Assembly (NCBI GenBank): GCA_012646105.1
Contig: GCA_012646105.1_4328.1
Strand: one strand, 5' to 3'
Origin: a phage
Length of the DNA: 43,583 nt
The position numbers and the translations under genes are program-made. This document shows, piece after piece, positions 17,906 to 26,061 of this stretch (within the stretch, counting starts at the first letter, position 1; each line of letters starts with the position of its first letter). The notes beneath the pieces were generated by a model. The model searched no databases. It saw only the letters and a list, made by a program, of their open reading frames with translations, and was not told the origin of the DNA.

Positions 17906-18180
17906 GCTAGTCCTTATCATTTAAACACAGAAACGGCGTAATCTCAGTAAATCAGTTACTTTTTACACAAGCAATAGAGTATGGCCCTTCCGGACGCGTC
18001 AGCGTAACTACACTCAGGACTTACGTCCAGCTCCGTTACCTGCCCGCGACGCGGTCGCTTGTTCATACTTCACAAGCTCAGGTGGAGCTTAGCATATTTT
18101 TAGTGAAAAGTCAACTATTCGAATAGTTTATTCCAACATTTACAATTGAGTGGAATAACTGGAATGCGTAAACAAATAGT

Positions 18181-18209
18181 TTGCATACTCCAATATAATA
18201 GGGTACTAT
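18181..18209 (+). promoter_or_regulatory. promoter TTGCAT-N17-TACTAT with embedded operator-like palindrome
   Basis: -35 at 18181-18186, -10 at 18204-18209, RBS AGGAG at 18224-18228, ATG 18237. Confidence 0.5.
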
Positions 18210-18236
18210 TCAGTTAACTTAAACAGGAGATGAGAA

Positions 18237-18758
18237 ATGGTTACTACGGTAATTACTTTCCCTGCGTATGTAGGGGCGAAAATCTGCAGGGCTAAAAACG
18301 ATGTGCGCTACTATTTGAACGCTTTTTACATAGAACCTGAGGGGTTGATAGTGTCTACGGATGGGCATAGATTGTTCTGCGACAATGTGAAGACAAACGT
18401 TGAGAAAGGGGTTCTCATTGATATCAAAGGGAGAGAGCCTTCTAAATTTAACTACGCAGAGGTAGACCACGACAACGGCAGTGTTTCTTTCTATGACGAT
18501 AGTCGCGCGCTTATATGTACACTTCCGGTAGATGTTGTAGAAGGAAACTTTCCTGACTGGAGACGCGTGGCGCACATCACACCGGGTGTTGTCGATAGTA
18601 TAGGGTTCACTCTGCGTTATTTGGCAGACGCGTACAAGATTTCTAAGGCGTACAAAAATGAAATTTCTCGTTTCGATTTCCAGGACCAAACCAGAGGATG
18701 CAAAATATCATTTTCAAACACGGCCTTTATGGTGTTAATGCCCGCGCGATTTAAATAA
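18237..18758 (+). CDS. hypothetical protein (173 aa), counter-oriented insertion in head module
   Basis: strong RBS, own promoter and terminator; no motif recognised. Confidence 0.6.
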   Translation: MVTTVITFPAYVGAKICRAKNDVRYYLNAFYIEPEGLIVSTDGHRLFCDNVKTNVEKGVLIDIKGREPSKFNYAEVDHDNGSVSFYDDSRALICTLPVDVVEGNFPDWRRVAHITPGVVDSIGFTLRYLADAYKISKAYKNEISRFDFQDQTRGCKISFSNTAFMVLMPARFK

Positions 18759-18762
18759 AACT

Positions 18763-18783
18763 AAGGCCCCGTTAAGGGGCCTT
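18763..18783. terminator. bidirectional rho-independent terminator
   Basis: AAGGCCCC-GTTAA-GGGGCCTT perfect 8 bp stem, A/T runs on both sides. Confidence 0.6.
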
Positions 18784-18786
18784 ATA

Positions 18787-19248
18787 TCATTCTGGTTTGG
18801 TGACCTTCGCCGCTTTACTGACGGCCTCTACACCATCGGCATCAGTAACTTTAACGAAGTATTCACCCACCGCGTTAACCGTCAGAGACAAAGCCTCTTC
18901 CGGGGCGTTTACTACTTCCTTACCATCTTTGTACCAGGTCAGAACATACGGCGCTTTGCCTGCCTTAACTTCGACAGTGATAGTTGCGCTGCCGTCTACC
19001 AATTCAGTGTCTTTCGGTTGCATAGAGAAATACACATCGCCAGCATCGGCCAGATACGGAATCTCGTAAAGCATGCCCGCCGCTGGCAGCGCAATACCGG
19101 TTTTATCCGCAAACGGCATCTCGTCTACAGGCGAACCTAGTACACTTTCGTCCTCAATAAATACCACGTTCTCGCCGGAGCCAGACACACGGGCGTACTG
19201 GACTACGCGACGTGACGGCACATCAGTTACTTTGAAAAAGCCCATCAT
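18787..19248 (-). CDS. structural protein with C-terminal Ig-like domain (153 aa)
   Basis: PYVLTWYKDGKEV...GEYFVKVTDADG I-set-like pattern. Confidence 0.5.
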   Translation of the reverse strand: MMGFFKVTDVPSRRVVQYARVSGSGENVVFIEDESVLGSPVDEMPFADKTGIALPAAGMLYEIPYLADAGDVYFSMQPKDTELVDGSATITVEVKAGKAPYVLTWYKDGKEVVNAPEEALSLTVNAVGEYFVKVTDADGVEAVSKAAKVTKPE

Positions 19249-20324
19249 TATTCCCCTTTCAGATAATCAGCAACACGTTTATCGAGTTCCGCCATCTGCT
19301 TAAGCGTCAGCGGATTCCCGAAACCATCTACAGATATTACGCGAAACTCTTCCGGTGATATACCGCTGTTGCGGAAAATCTTACCGCGTGTCGGCCCGAG
19401 TGCTTCATCCTGAAACCATGCCGGTTGTTGTTTCAGGAACTCGTAATAGGTGGTGTCAGCGCTTACCTGAGTACCACCGTCCGCACCTTTAGCCACGCGT
19501 TTTGCGCCCTTATCGAGGAAGTCGAGCTCCGAACTGATTACAGGCGCAGTGGTGCTTCTGCACCCAAAATGGGCCGGTGGCATCGGCCCCTTACCGATTT
19601 CCCACGTCATTCCGTCTCTGGCTCTGCAAATCGTGCTGGTGCGGCTGTCCAGCGTCGACACCCACTCGTACTTCTCGATGATGTCGTCGTTCTGACGGTA
19701 CGTCTCGTTACGGGCTTCGTTGGATACGTGAGATAGCGCGGTGCGGATTACGGTGGCCGCGTTACGTTCAGAGATGTCAGCCAGTCCGCCAGCGCCTACG
19801 ACATTCTTAACAATCTGCCGTGTTGTCTGGCCCTGTACAAAGCCCATCTTAACGCCGGTTACGAGGCGCGCGACTTCGGTTTCACCCCAACCTGACATCA
19901 GCTTAGTGAAATCAACAGGCTTGTCGTTCAACGCCAGAGGTTGAAACTCGGCGGCGGCCCACACCTGTTCGACGGTAGGCGTAACAAATTCCGCGTTAAC
20001 GTTAGCGGTCAGTGTCTTTACGTTCCACTCGGCCTCATACGCCGCCAGTTCCTTAAGGTCTTCTGTCAGCTTTGTTTGCCAGTCACCTGTAAGTCCCGCC
20101 AGTGCTTCTTCGAGGTCACGTAACAGTTTATTCAGTCGCGCAGTGCTGCGACCGTCGTCACCGAATAGCAGAACCTGCCGTTTGATTTCGTCTCGCATCT
20201 CCTGAATAAACGGCGTAAGGTCTTTCACTTCGCCGGATGCGGTGCGTTGCAGCCATATCTGGTGGCTGATTAGAGATGTAAGTAAGCTCATAGATAAACC
20301 CTGTGGTGCTAAAGTTAATAGCAT
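19248..20324 (-). CDS. head morphogenesis / minor capsid protein (358 aa)
   Basis: position directly downstream of portal gene, size. Confidence 0.6.
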   Translation of the reverse strand: MLLTLAPQGLSMSLLTSLISHQIWLQRTASGEVKDLTPFIQEMRDEIKRQVLLFGDDGRSTARLNKLLRDLEEALAGLTGDWQTKLTEDLKELAAYEAEWNVKTLTANVNAEFVTPTVEQVWAAAEFQPLALNDKPVDFTKLMSGWGETEVARLVTGVKMGFVQGQTTRQIVKNVVGAGGLADISERNAATVIRTALSHVSNEARNETYRQNDDIIEKYEWVSTLDSRTSTICRARDGMTWEIGKGPMPPAHFGCRSTTAPVISSELDFLDKGAKRVAKGADGGTQVSADTTYYEFLKQQPAWFQDEALGPTRGKIFRNSGISPEEFRVISVDGFGNPLTLKQMAELDKRVADYLKGE

Positions 20325-20360
20325 ACTATAAGAAAGCCCCTTTCGGGGCTATATGCGAAC

Positions 20361-21842
20361 TTACGGTTGAGCGGTATCTTGTGGTTGCGCCGACTGCGGA
20401 ATCTCTCCTGCTACCCGAGCAACAGCACCTACCGGCAGCGGAGCGTCCTCGATAGCGTTCTGAATGTCCTCGTCGGTCCAGTCAGTTACACCGGCCTTAC
20501 GCAACGCAGCATAATAAGCGGTGGCGGGCAGCAAGCCAGCGTTAATATCCGCCATCCACTGAGAACGGTCCTGAGCTGTCATCGGTTGCAGGAAGAACTC
20601 CATATTCAGCTTGAACTCAATCTCTGTGCCTTCACGCAGCCCTAGCATCGCAGCCACCCAGCGCAATGCATCGGTGTACGCCATGCTTACGTTACGTGCG
20701 ATTGTCGCCATAACAGACGTATCCGCTCCGCGTTGCAGGCGGGCCGATTCCGCGGTGATTTGCTGCGTCGGGGTGATAAGCTGCGCCCCAATCTGGATGG
20801 CCTGATTCTCTTTATCGAGCATGTTCTGTTTGGCAAGGTTGTTCTCCCCAGCCTGGACCAGAAACGCATTGCCGCCGTAACCGATGTTATGGCCCGAACG
20901 CGACCCCATGCGCACGCCGTGTGGGTTAGCCTCTTTCCACTGTTCCATGCTCATGTTCTCGCCGGGGGCGATAAACAGCGTGGGCTGGCCTACAACGAAG
21001 CTCGACTCCTCATTGTCCGCGCTGTTGCGGAAATGCCCAATATTAAGCTCAGCCAACGGCAGCAAAGGCGCGTCGTCAATGGTTGCGTCGTTGTTGCTCG
21101 CCCCAATGAACGTGAAGGGGATTTTGCCGCGCAACTGTTCGCCGAGTTCCGGGAAGATTTCGATTACTTCATCCTGGGCGCCACCTTCGGCATCGAAGCG
21201 GTAAATGCGCTGGCGGTAGCGCCCGTCAATCAAATCGAGAACACGGTATTGTTCTCCGAACTTGGTTTCGAACTCTGTTCCAGGTTCAGAGTATTCCCAT
21301 ACTTCGCGCAACACGACCATTGTCACACGGTTAACTGAGCCAACACGGGTAAGTCGCCAGTTGATGATGTTCTCCGCAGTGTAGAATGCGATTACCGGGT
21401 TTAATAATCCTGCGTTCTGCTCTGCCGCCGTTGCCGCGGCGGTCTCCGGGGCGTCAACCAGCAACCCGCCACGGCCAACCGAGTCAATCTCCATAAGCGT
21501 ATCCTGCGCGTGCTGCCACAGCCCGACACCGGAACCGTCGGCATTACGTAGCAGATATTCCATCTCAGGCGGGATAATCTGCTCGGGGTCTTTGCGCATC
21601 ACGGACCCGACCATCCCGGCCAGGGTACGTTTAGTGAAGTTGTAGCAGATAGCTCCGTTCTCGTATTCTTCCTGGCGCTGCGCTGCGTAGGTAGGGTCCG
21701 GCTCGTTCTTCCCAACGTTGCGCAGATAGCGAATAAGGTCGCCTTCCAGTGCGTGGCGTACCTTCTGCCATTTATCGAAGTGATGCAGCCATTCCAGGTG
21801 TTTAGTCTTAACACCCTGATTCTGACCGTTCATAGTTAACAT
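20361..21842 (-). CDS. portal protein (493 aa)
   Basis: size, position downstream of terminase large subunit. Confidence 0.8.
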   Translation of the reverse strand: MLTMNGQNQGVKTKHLEWLHHFDKWQKVRHALEGDLIRYLRNVGKNEPDPTYAAQRQEEYENGAICYNFTKRTLAGMVGSVMRKDPEQIIPPEMEYLLRNADGSGVGLWQHAQDTLMEIDSVGRGGLLVDAPETAAATAAEQNAGLLNPVIAFYTAENIINWRLTRVGSVNRVTMVVLREVWEYSEPGTEFETKFGEQYRVLDLIDGRYRQRIYRFDAEGGAQDEVIEIFPELGEQLRGKIPFTFIGASNNDATIDDAPLLPLAELNIGHFRNSADNEESSFVVGQPTLFIAPGENMSMEQWKEANPHGVRMGSRSGHNIGYGGNAFLVQAGENNLAKQNMLDKENQAIQIGAQLITPTQQITAESARLQRGADTSVMATIARNVSMAYTDALRWVAAMLGLREGTEIEFKLNMEFFLQPMTAQDRSQWMADINAGLLPATAYYAALRKAGVTDWTDEDIQNAIEDAPLPVGAVARVAGEIPQSAQPQDTAQP

Positions 21843-21854
21843 TGAATAATCCTC

Positions 21855-23105
21855 TTAAAGTGCGAAAGTCACCGGGATGTTGATTACTGGTTTAACCACC
21901 GGCATCTCGTAAACTACAGGATAGCCGAGCGCATCTGCCATATGGTCGATGATGCCATCTTTAGCTGGCTCTCCGTTATCGTCGTAAGCCTGCTGCTCCA
22001 GCGTCTTCGCTATCTCGGGGCATAAGTGGTCGTTAACCCACAGCTTACCTTTTTCCAGCGCGGTATTCACGGCTAAAACACGGTCTTTAACCGGGGGGTT
22101 GGCGGATTTAGCGCGAACATCGAAACCGGCCTGCTGGAGTAATGCAATATCTGAGATTGACGCCGAGTTGGTCTTGCGGTTCTTGCCGCTGGCGTCGGGG
22201 TAAACGACGATGCGGTGGCCCTGCGACTTCCACTTCTCAGTAATTACGCGCACGGTGTCTGGCGTGTCAAACAAGCCTTTCAGTTCTGCCACCGCGTGCC
22301 AGCCATCCTTACGCTGCACATACACGGCGCTGGCGTTCTTTGTAACGTTGAAGTCCTGCCCGATGTACAGCGTGTCGCCTGGTTGAATTGTCTCTTTGCT
22401 GCGGTGCTTACGGCGATCGTAGGCGTAATACACGCTGCCGGAGGTAAGGTTGACGAACTCACCATTCAGATACGCGTTAATCAACTGCGCAGGGTAAGTC
22501 TCGGTCAGTGAGCTAATGTAGTCAGGCGGCAGGAATCGCGCGTTCTCGTGTGTAGAAGCCTGAACCATTGAGTAACTCGGCGTCGGGTTCTCTTTGAACT
22601 TGGCGTATACGAACTTGAACCCTTCCGGCGTCGTGGTGACGGAGATGTGGTTAATTACCCCCGGAATAACAAGACGCATACGGGCTACGATTTTGTTCCA
22701 CGCCATCTCGGCTTTCTCGCGGCTCAGTACATCGAGCTCATCCACGACAGCAGCCGCGATTTTGAAGCCGACTATCGAGCCGGGGTTATCCATCGAACGG
22801 CAGATAACGGTCCCGAGCACCGTCTTACCGCGGGTAACCACGACTTCTTTGTCGCCGGATTTAACCAGCACATCAAGGCCAAGCAGGTTAGCCGCTTCCT
22901 CGAATGTTGGGTAGAAGATGTCACGGATAGCCGGGTATGTCGGGCCGAAGTAGCCCAGGCGCGTACCGGGGTGTTTGAGCATGAACGTAAGCAGGTCGAG
23001 GCAACCAACAAATGTCTTGCCGCTTCCGAAGCCGCCGACATAGGCTTTGTATTTGTTATCGCAATTCAGGAACAGAGCCTGTGGTGCGGATAGCTGAATA
23101 CTCAT
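21855..23105 (-). CDS. terminase large subunit (416 aa)
   Basis: Walker A-like GGFGSGKT near N-terminus, acidic nuclease-type C-terminal half, position. Confidence 0.85.
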   Translation of the reverse strand: MSIQLSAPQALFLNCDNKYKAYVGGFGSGKTFVGCLDLLTFMLKHPGTRLGYFGPTYPAIRDIFYPTFEEAANLLGLDVLVKSGDKEVVVTRGKTVLGTVICRSMDNPGSIVGFKIAAAVVDELDVLSREKAEMAWNKIVARMRLVIPGVINHISVTTTPEGFKFVYAKFKENPTPSYSMVQASTHENARFLPPDYISSLTETYPAQLINAYLNGEFVNLTSGSVYYAYDRRKHRSKETIQPGDTLYIGQDFNVTKNASAVYVQRKDGWHAVAELKGLFDTPDTVRVITEKWKSQGHRIVVYPDASGKNRKTNSASISDIALLQQAGFDVRAKSANPPVKDRVLAVNTALEKGKLWVNDHLCPEIAKTLEQQAYDDNGEPAKDGIIDHMADALGYPVVYEMPVVKPVINIPVTFAL

Positions 23106-23686
23106 TCCTCTACCTCGCCCATATTAGTTGTTACGATTTTACCTACAGGCTCTGCGACACTGAAAACAATCTCCGTCGGTGCTGTTTCTTCGGTGGGTTC
23201 AACCGGTTTCTCTTTGCTAAGGCCCAGCTTCGCGGCGGCAAACGTAGCGGAGATGCCAGCGGCCCCGGTCTCAGTGAAATAGGCCTCTTCCAGCGCCTGT
23301 GCTGTTTCATATGCTTCTGCAAATGCAGGAATCTCGCGCAGCCACAGCTTAATAATCGGGATAGTGACGCCGATGTGTAAGGCGAAGCGGGCCAGTGACG
23401 GTGGTTTATCCTGAATCAGCGGGCGTTCGTCACCCTTGGACGTAGGCACAAGTTCCCACGACGTGCGGTCGAAGAACTCGATTAACGCGTCGCAATAGTC
23501 CGGGTCCCACAACGCGGCGGAATTACGGGATGATTGATAAAGGCTCTGTTTACTGCGCGGTCGTTCACGGCGACGGTTTGCGCTAACAGCTTCTTCATGT
23601 GCAGCTTGCACCACCTCTGGCGATGGCTGCTTAAGTTTCAGCTTCATAGAATCCCCTTGCATATGCGTCTGACCATCAGAGCGCAC
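23102..23686 (-). CDS. terminase small subunit (position-based; GTG start)
   Basis: 194 aa ORF overlapping large subunit start (ATGA), basic N-terminal region. Confidence 0.5.
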   Translation of the reverse strand: MRSDGQTHMQGDSMKLKLKQPSPEVVQAAHEEAVSANRRRERPRSKQSLYQSSRNSAALWDPDYCDALIEFFDRTSWELVPTSKGDERPLIQDKPPSLARFALHIGVTIPIIKLWLREIPAFAEAYETAQALEEAYFTETGAAGISATFAAAKLGLSKEKPVEPTEETAPTEIVFSVAEPVGKIVTTNMGEVEE

Positions 23687-23713
23687 CAGACGCGCCCTAC
23701 GCGTCTAAAGGGA

Positions 23714-23742
23714 TTATATAAGTGGATTGGGCGGGATGTACA
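23714..23742 (-). promoter_or_regulatory. candidate late-operon promoter TGTACA-N17-TATAAT
   Basis: perfect -10 TATAAT on minus strand downstream of terminator 23745-23766 and upstream of terminase small gene. Confidence 0.35.
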
Positions 23743-23744
23743 GA

Positions 23745-23766
23745 AAAGCCCTCCGTAGAGGGCTTT
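23745..23766. terminator. bidirectional terminator separating early-left operon from late operon
   Basis: AAAGCCCTC-CGTA-GAGGGCTTT 9 bp stem with flanking A and T runs. Confidence 0.6.
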
Positions 23767-23866
23767 TCTCAGTTATATAGGCCGTGTCGTGGTGCTCTTT
23801 TACCATCGCCGCCGTAATGGTCGTTAGCTGCGGGAATGGCCCATGCGTTCGGGATGATTAGTAGTC

Positions 23867-24046
23867 TCATTTTAAGAATCTCAACAGGGCATCAGCGATA
23901 CCAGACATAACTAGCCCAAAAAACATAGGCCACCAGATATACCGTGGCAGATTGGTGAATGTTTCTGGCTTAGCCCAAAAAGCCATTAAAAACGCGAACC
24001 AAAACACCAAATAACTAATGTTGCTAAGTAATTCTAAAATATTCAT
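23867..24046 (-). CDS. small membrane protein (59 aa, 2 predicted TM)
   Basis: hand translated (MNILELLSNISYLVFWFAFLMAFW...); ATGA overlap with stop of 24043..24279. Confidence 0.4.
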   Translation of the reverse strand: MNILELLSNISYLVFWFAFLMAFWAKPETFTNLPRYIWWPMFFGLVMSGIADALLRFLK

Positions 24047-24279
24047 TCCCCACTCTCCTCTTTAGCAATACGTTGCTCTGTTTTAGTGATACCACGGCGT
24101 GTGAATAACACCGGGCTGGTCTTAACGTGCGTCATTAGACGGTTGTTATAAATTACATGGCGCTCGCATTTCACGTCTTTGCTGTACTTCGCAATCGTCA
24201 TTTCGTTGAGGCCAGTTTGCCGGCACGTCTCCGCCATCGTGCCGAATTCTTTAATCAGGTTCGGAATGCTGGTAATCAT
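24043..24279 (-). CDS. hypothetical early protein (78 aa, possible HTH)
   Basis: six-frame ORF, coupled overlaps. Confidence 0.5.
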   Translation of the reverse strand: MITSIPNLIKEFGTMAETCRQTGLNEMTIAKYSKDVKCERHVIYNNRLMTHVKTSPVLFTRRGITKTEQRIAKEESGE

Positions 24280-24473
24280 TTACCCTCCGGGTTTACATCT
24301 AAATCGTAACGTTCCTGCAATTCGGCGTACTTATCCATGTAATCAAGTAACATCCGATACGCCTGTAACTGGAACTCTTCGTTCAGTGTCATACCAAGCC
24401 CGAACTCTGGATTACCTTTAGACGCCAGGTGGCCTATCTGTTGGCGCAACGTCTCTTTACATACTCTACTCAT
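24276..24473 (-). CDS. hypothetical early protein (65 aa), paralog-like to 24812..25060
   Basis: shared motif EEFQLQAYRMLLDYM versus GEFQLEAFKLLLERM. Confidence 0.5.
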   Translation of the reverse strand: MSRVCKETLRQQIGHLASKGNPEFGLGMTLNEEFQLQAYRMLLDYMDKYAELQERYDLDVNPEGK

Positions 24474-24640
24474 TTCTTAAACCCTCTCGTTGTCCACATC
24501 GCATTCGGATATTTGTTATCGCGGTCCTGTACTACGGCAATCATGTTACCGCGTTGTACCAGGCAGAAGTGCCGTTGCTGCTCGCCGTTGTAACGACGCC
24601 AGATTGCTTCTTCGATTGCCGCGTTGATGTCACTGAACAT
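24470..24640 (-). CDS. hypothetical early protein (start refined to ATG 24640)
   Basis: GGAG 5 nt upstream of ATG 24640; ORF-track start 24670 overlaps upstream gene. Confidence 0.45.
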   Translation of the reverse strand: MFSDINAAIEEAIWRRYNGEQQRHFCLVQRGNMIAVVQDRDNKYPNAMWTTRGFKK

Positions 24641-24642
24641 AA

Positions 24643-24825
24643 TCACTCCACTATCTCGTCGCCAAGCCAAGCCGTTTCTCGTATATCATCGACCACACAG
24701 GCGGCGTGCTCACGGCTAATCGCAAAAATGTAGAAGCTGAACTTCTTCCCGTCGGCGTCGATGTGGTTAACCGAGTAGGGTTTCCACAGGACGCCATCGA
24801 TAACTACTGGTTCAGGTGCGCCCAT
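24643..24825 (-). CDS. hypothetical early protein (60 aa)
   Basis: six-frame ORF. Confidence 0.45.
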   Translation of the reverse strand: MGAPEPVVIDGVLWKPYSVNHIDADGKKFSFYIFAISREHAACVVDDIRETAWLGDEIVE

Positions 24826-25060
24826 ACACTTTACCGCATTTCAGGCATGTGATACGTCGAGACCCGCCAACAACACGTATGTAGTAATCGTGCTCGCAAG
24901 GCTTTTCGTCCGCTTTCATGCGCTCAAGCAACAACTTAAACGCCTCCAGTTGAAACTCACCGTTAATCGACAGTTGCCCACCTAACGTCTGTTTCTCTGA
25001 CTCGAGCACCAGAATACGGCGCTCAAGTGATGCGATTGTGATTTTAGGCATTAGTGTCAC
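24812..25060 (-). CDS. hypothetical early protein with C-terminal Cys pairs (zinc-ribbon-like)
   Basis: CEHDYY...CLKCG; shares EFQL motif with 24276..24473. Confidence 0.5.
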   Translation of the reverse strand: MTLMPKITIASLERRILVLESEKQTLGGQLSINGEFQLEAFKLLLERMKADEKPCEHDYYIRVVGGSRRITCLKCGKVYGRT

Positions 25061-25229
25061 CTTTGTTCAGGTTGAAGCGATTAATCAGTTCACGGCGCGT
25101 CTCGTAAAGTGACTCAACCATTTGCTCGGCTACCGCGATTTTAGTATTCAGGACGTGCATCACGTGACCGATGTCTACGCCACTGTTAACGGCCTCTACC
25201 ATCATCTTTTCATATTCACGGTCAGTCAT
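25044..25229 (-). CDS. hypothetical early protein (61 aa)
   Basis: six-frame ORF. Confidence 0.45.
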   Translation of the reverse strand: MTDREYEKMMVEAVNSGVDIGHVMHVLNTKIAVAEQMVESLYETRRELINRFNLNKGDTNA

Positions 25230-25383
25230 TTTTACGCTCTCCCCACATGCGATTGAGATACTTGTTCTTGTCCGGCCCCGGGAAACTGTTACGTTTCATC
25301 AGTTCCTCACGTGTCGGGAACGGGGTGTGACTGACTTTACGGCCTACTCGTAAGGGTTGACTTACTTGACCTTGTTCGCTCAT
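25222..25383 (-). CDS. small hypothetical protein (53 aa, MSEQGQVSQPLRVGRK...)
   Basis: hand translated; RBS AGGAG 9 nt upstream; ATGA overlap with upstream ORF. Confidence 0.45.
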   Translation of the reverse strand: MSEQGQVSQPLRVGRKVSHTPFPTREELMKRNSFPGPDKNKYLNRMWGERKND

Positions 25384-25529
25384 TTCTTCTCTCCTGCATA
25401 AGCTGCTTTAAGTGTCTGCATTGCGGCGAACCAGAACGCGTCAGCCGGAATGCTGTTGCTCAGGTTACTAACGGCGATGCGCGCCATAAGTTGTGCGTCT
25501 TTGAATGCTTCGATATCTGTGATTTTCAT
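25380..25529 (-). CDS. small hypothetical protein (49 aa, MKITDIEAFKDAQLMARIAV...)
   Basis: hand translated; RBS GGAG; ATGA overlaps on both sides. Confidence 0.45.
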   Translation of the reverse strand: MKITDIEAFKDAQLMARIAVSNLSNSIPADAFWFAAMQTLKAAYAGEKK

Positions 25530-25714
25530 TTATCATCTCCGTAAAAAGCCGCCACTTGCCCAACAATAGTCATAAAATCATCCATACTCACGCTAACACT
25601 AACTGATTCGTCGGTATCTCCGTCTGTACAAATTATAAGTAATGTCCCGTCACGGCATTTCTCTATCTCCATGAAATCACCCCAGTTATCGGTATGCTTA
25701 ATCTTAGTCATCAT
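25526..25714 (-). CDS. hypothetical early protein (62 aa, acidic)
   Basis: six-frame ORF, first gene after promoter 25749-25777. Confidence 0.5.
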   Translation of the reverse strand: MMTKIKHTDNWGDFMEIEKCRDGTLLIICTDGDTDESVSVSVSMDDFMTIVGQVAAFYGDDK

Positions 25715-25748
25715 TTCTCTCTACCCCGTTCTCGTTGTCGATGGAGTA

Positions 25749-25777
25749 AATATAATAGGGTCGACGGTAATAGTCAA
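25749..25777 (-). promoter_or_regulatory. promoter TTGACT-N17-TATATT (minus strand) with operator half-site
   Basis: -35 at 25777-25772, -10 at 25754-25749, upstream of gene starting 25714. Confidence 0.4.
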
Positions 25778-25805
25778 CTAGTCATTGCAGAAATAGATAA
25801 AAAAA

Positions 25806-25830
25806 ATCCCGGCTGGGTCAGGGCCGGGAT
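25806..25830 (-). terminator. rho-independent terminator ending the lysis transcription unit
   Basis: ATCCCGGC / GCCGGGAT stem with 9 nt loop, followed by T8 run on minus strand. Confidence 0.5.
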
Positions 25831-26061
25831 AAAACTGGAGAGCAGAGGGATGGAACAGGAGGTGATTTAAGTATCGTCGGATTAGTCTCAGGTGTCAATT
25901 GGTAAAATAAAACCCGGATTCGCGGTCCGGGTTTCTGTCATAAGCCCCTGAACCCTACGCAGTCTCCACCGCTTGGGCTGCTGCTTCGGGTTTACCGGGG
26001 CTTAGTATGCGGGCACAAACAGCGTGGATGTAAGTTTACTAAACGCCTTCGTATTCGTCCA

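Noticed and set aside
18105-18125. GTTCGAAT-type T-loop-like sequences as possible tRNA (also at 43573-43580)
   Set aside because: No acceptor, D-arm or anticodon stems can be drawn; the first is part of the CTATTCGAATAG palindrome and the second is inside a coding frame.
18219-18689. 156 aa minus-strand ORF
   Set aside because: Antisense to the 18237..18758 gene, which has a promoter, RBS and terminator; the minus ORF has none.
20733-21338. 201 aa plus-strand ORF inside the portal gene
   Set aside because: Lies antisense within a well-supported portal gene; no RBS or promoter.
25840-26061. Small RNA or tRNA in the 220 bp downstream of the endolysin gene
   Set aside because: Two hairpins are present but no cloverleaf or promoter could be drawn; more likely terminator and spacer sequence.
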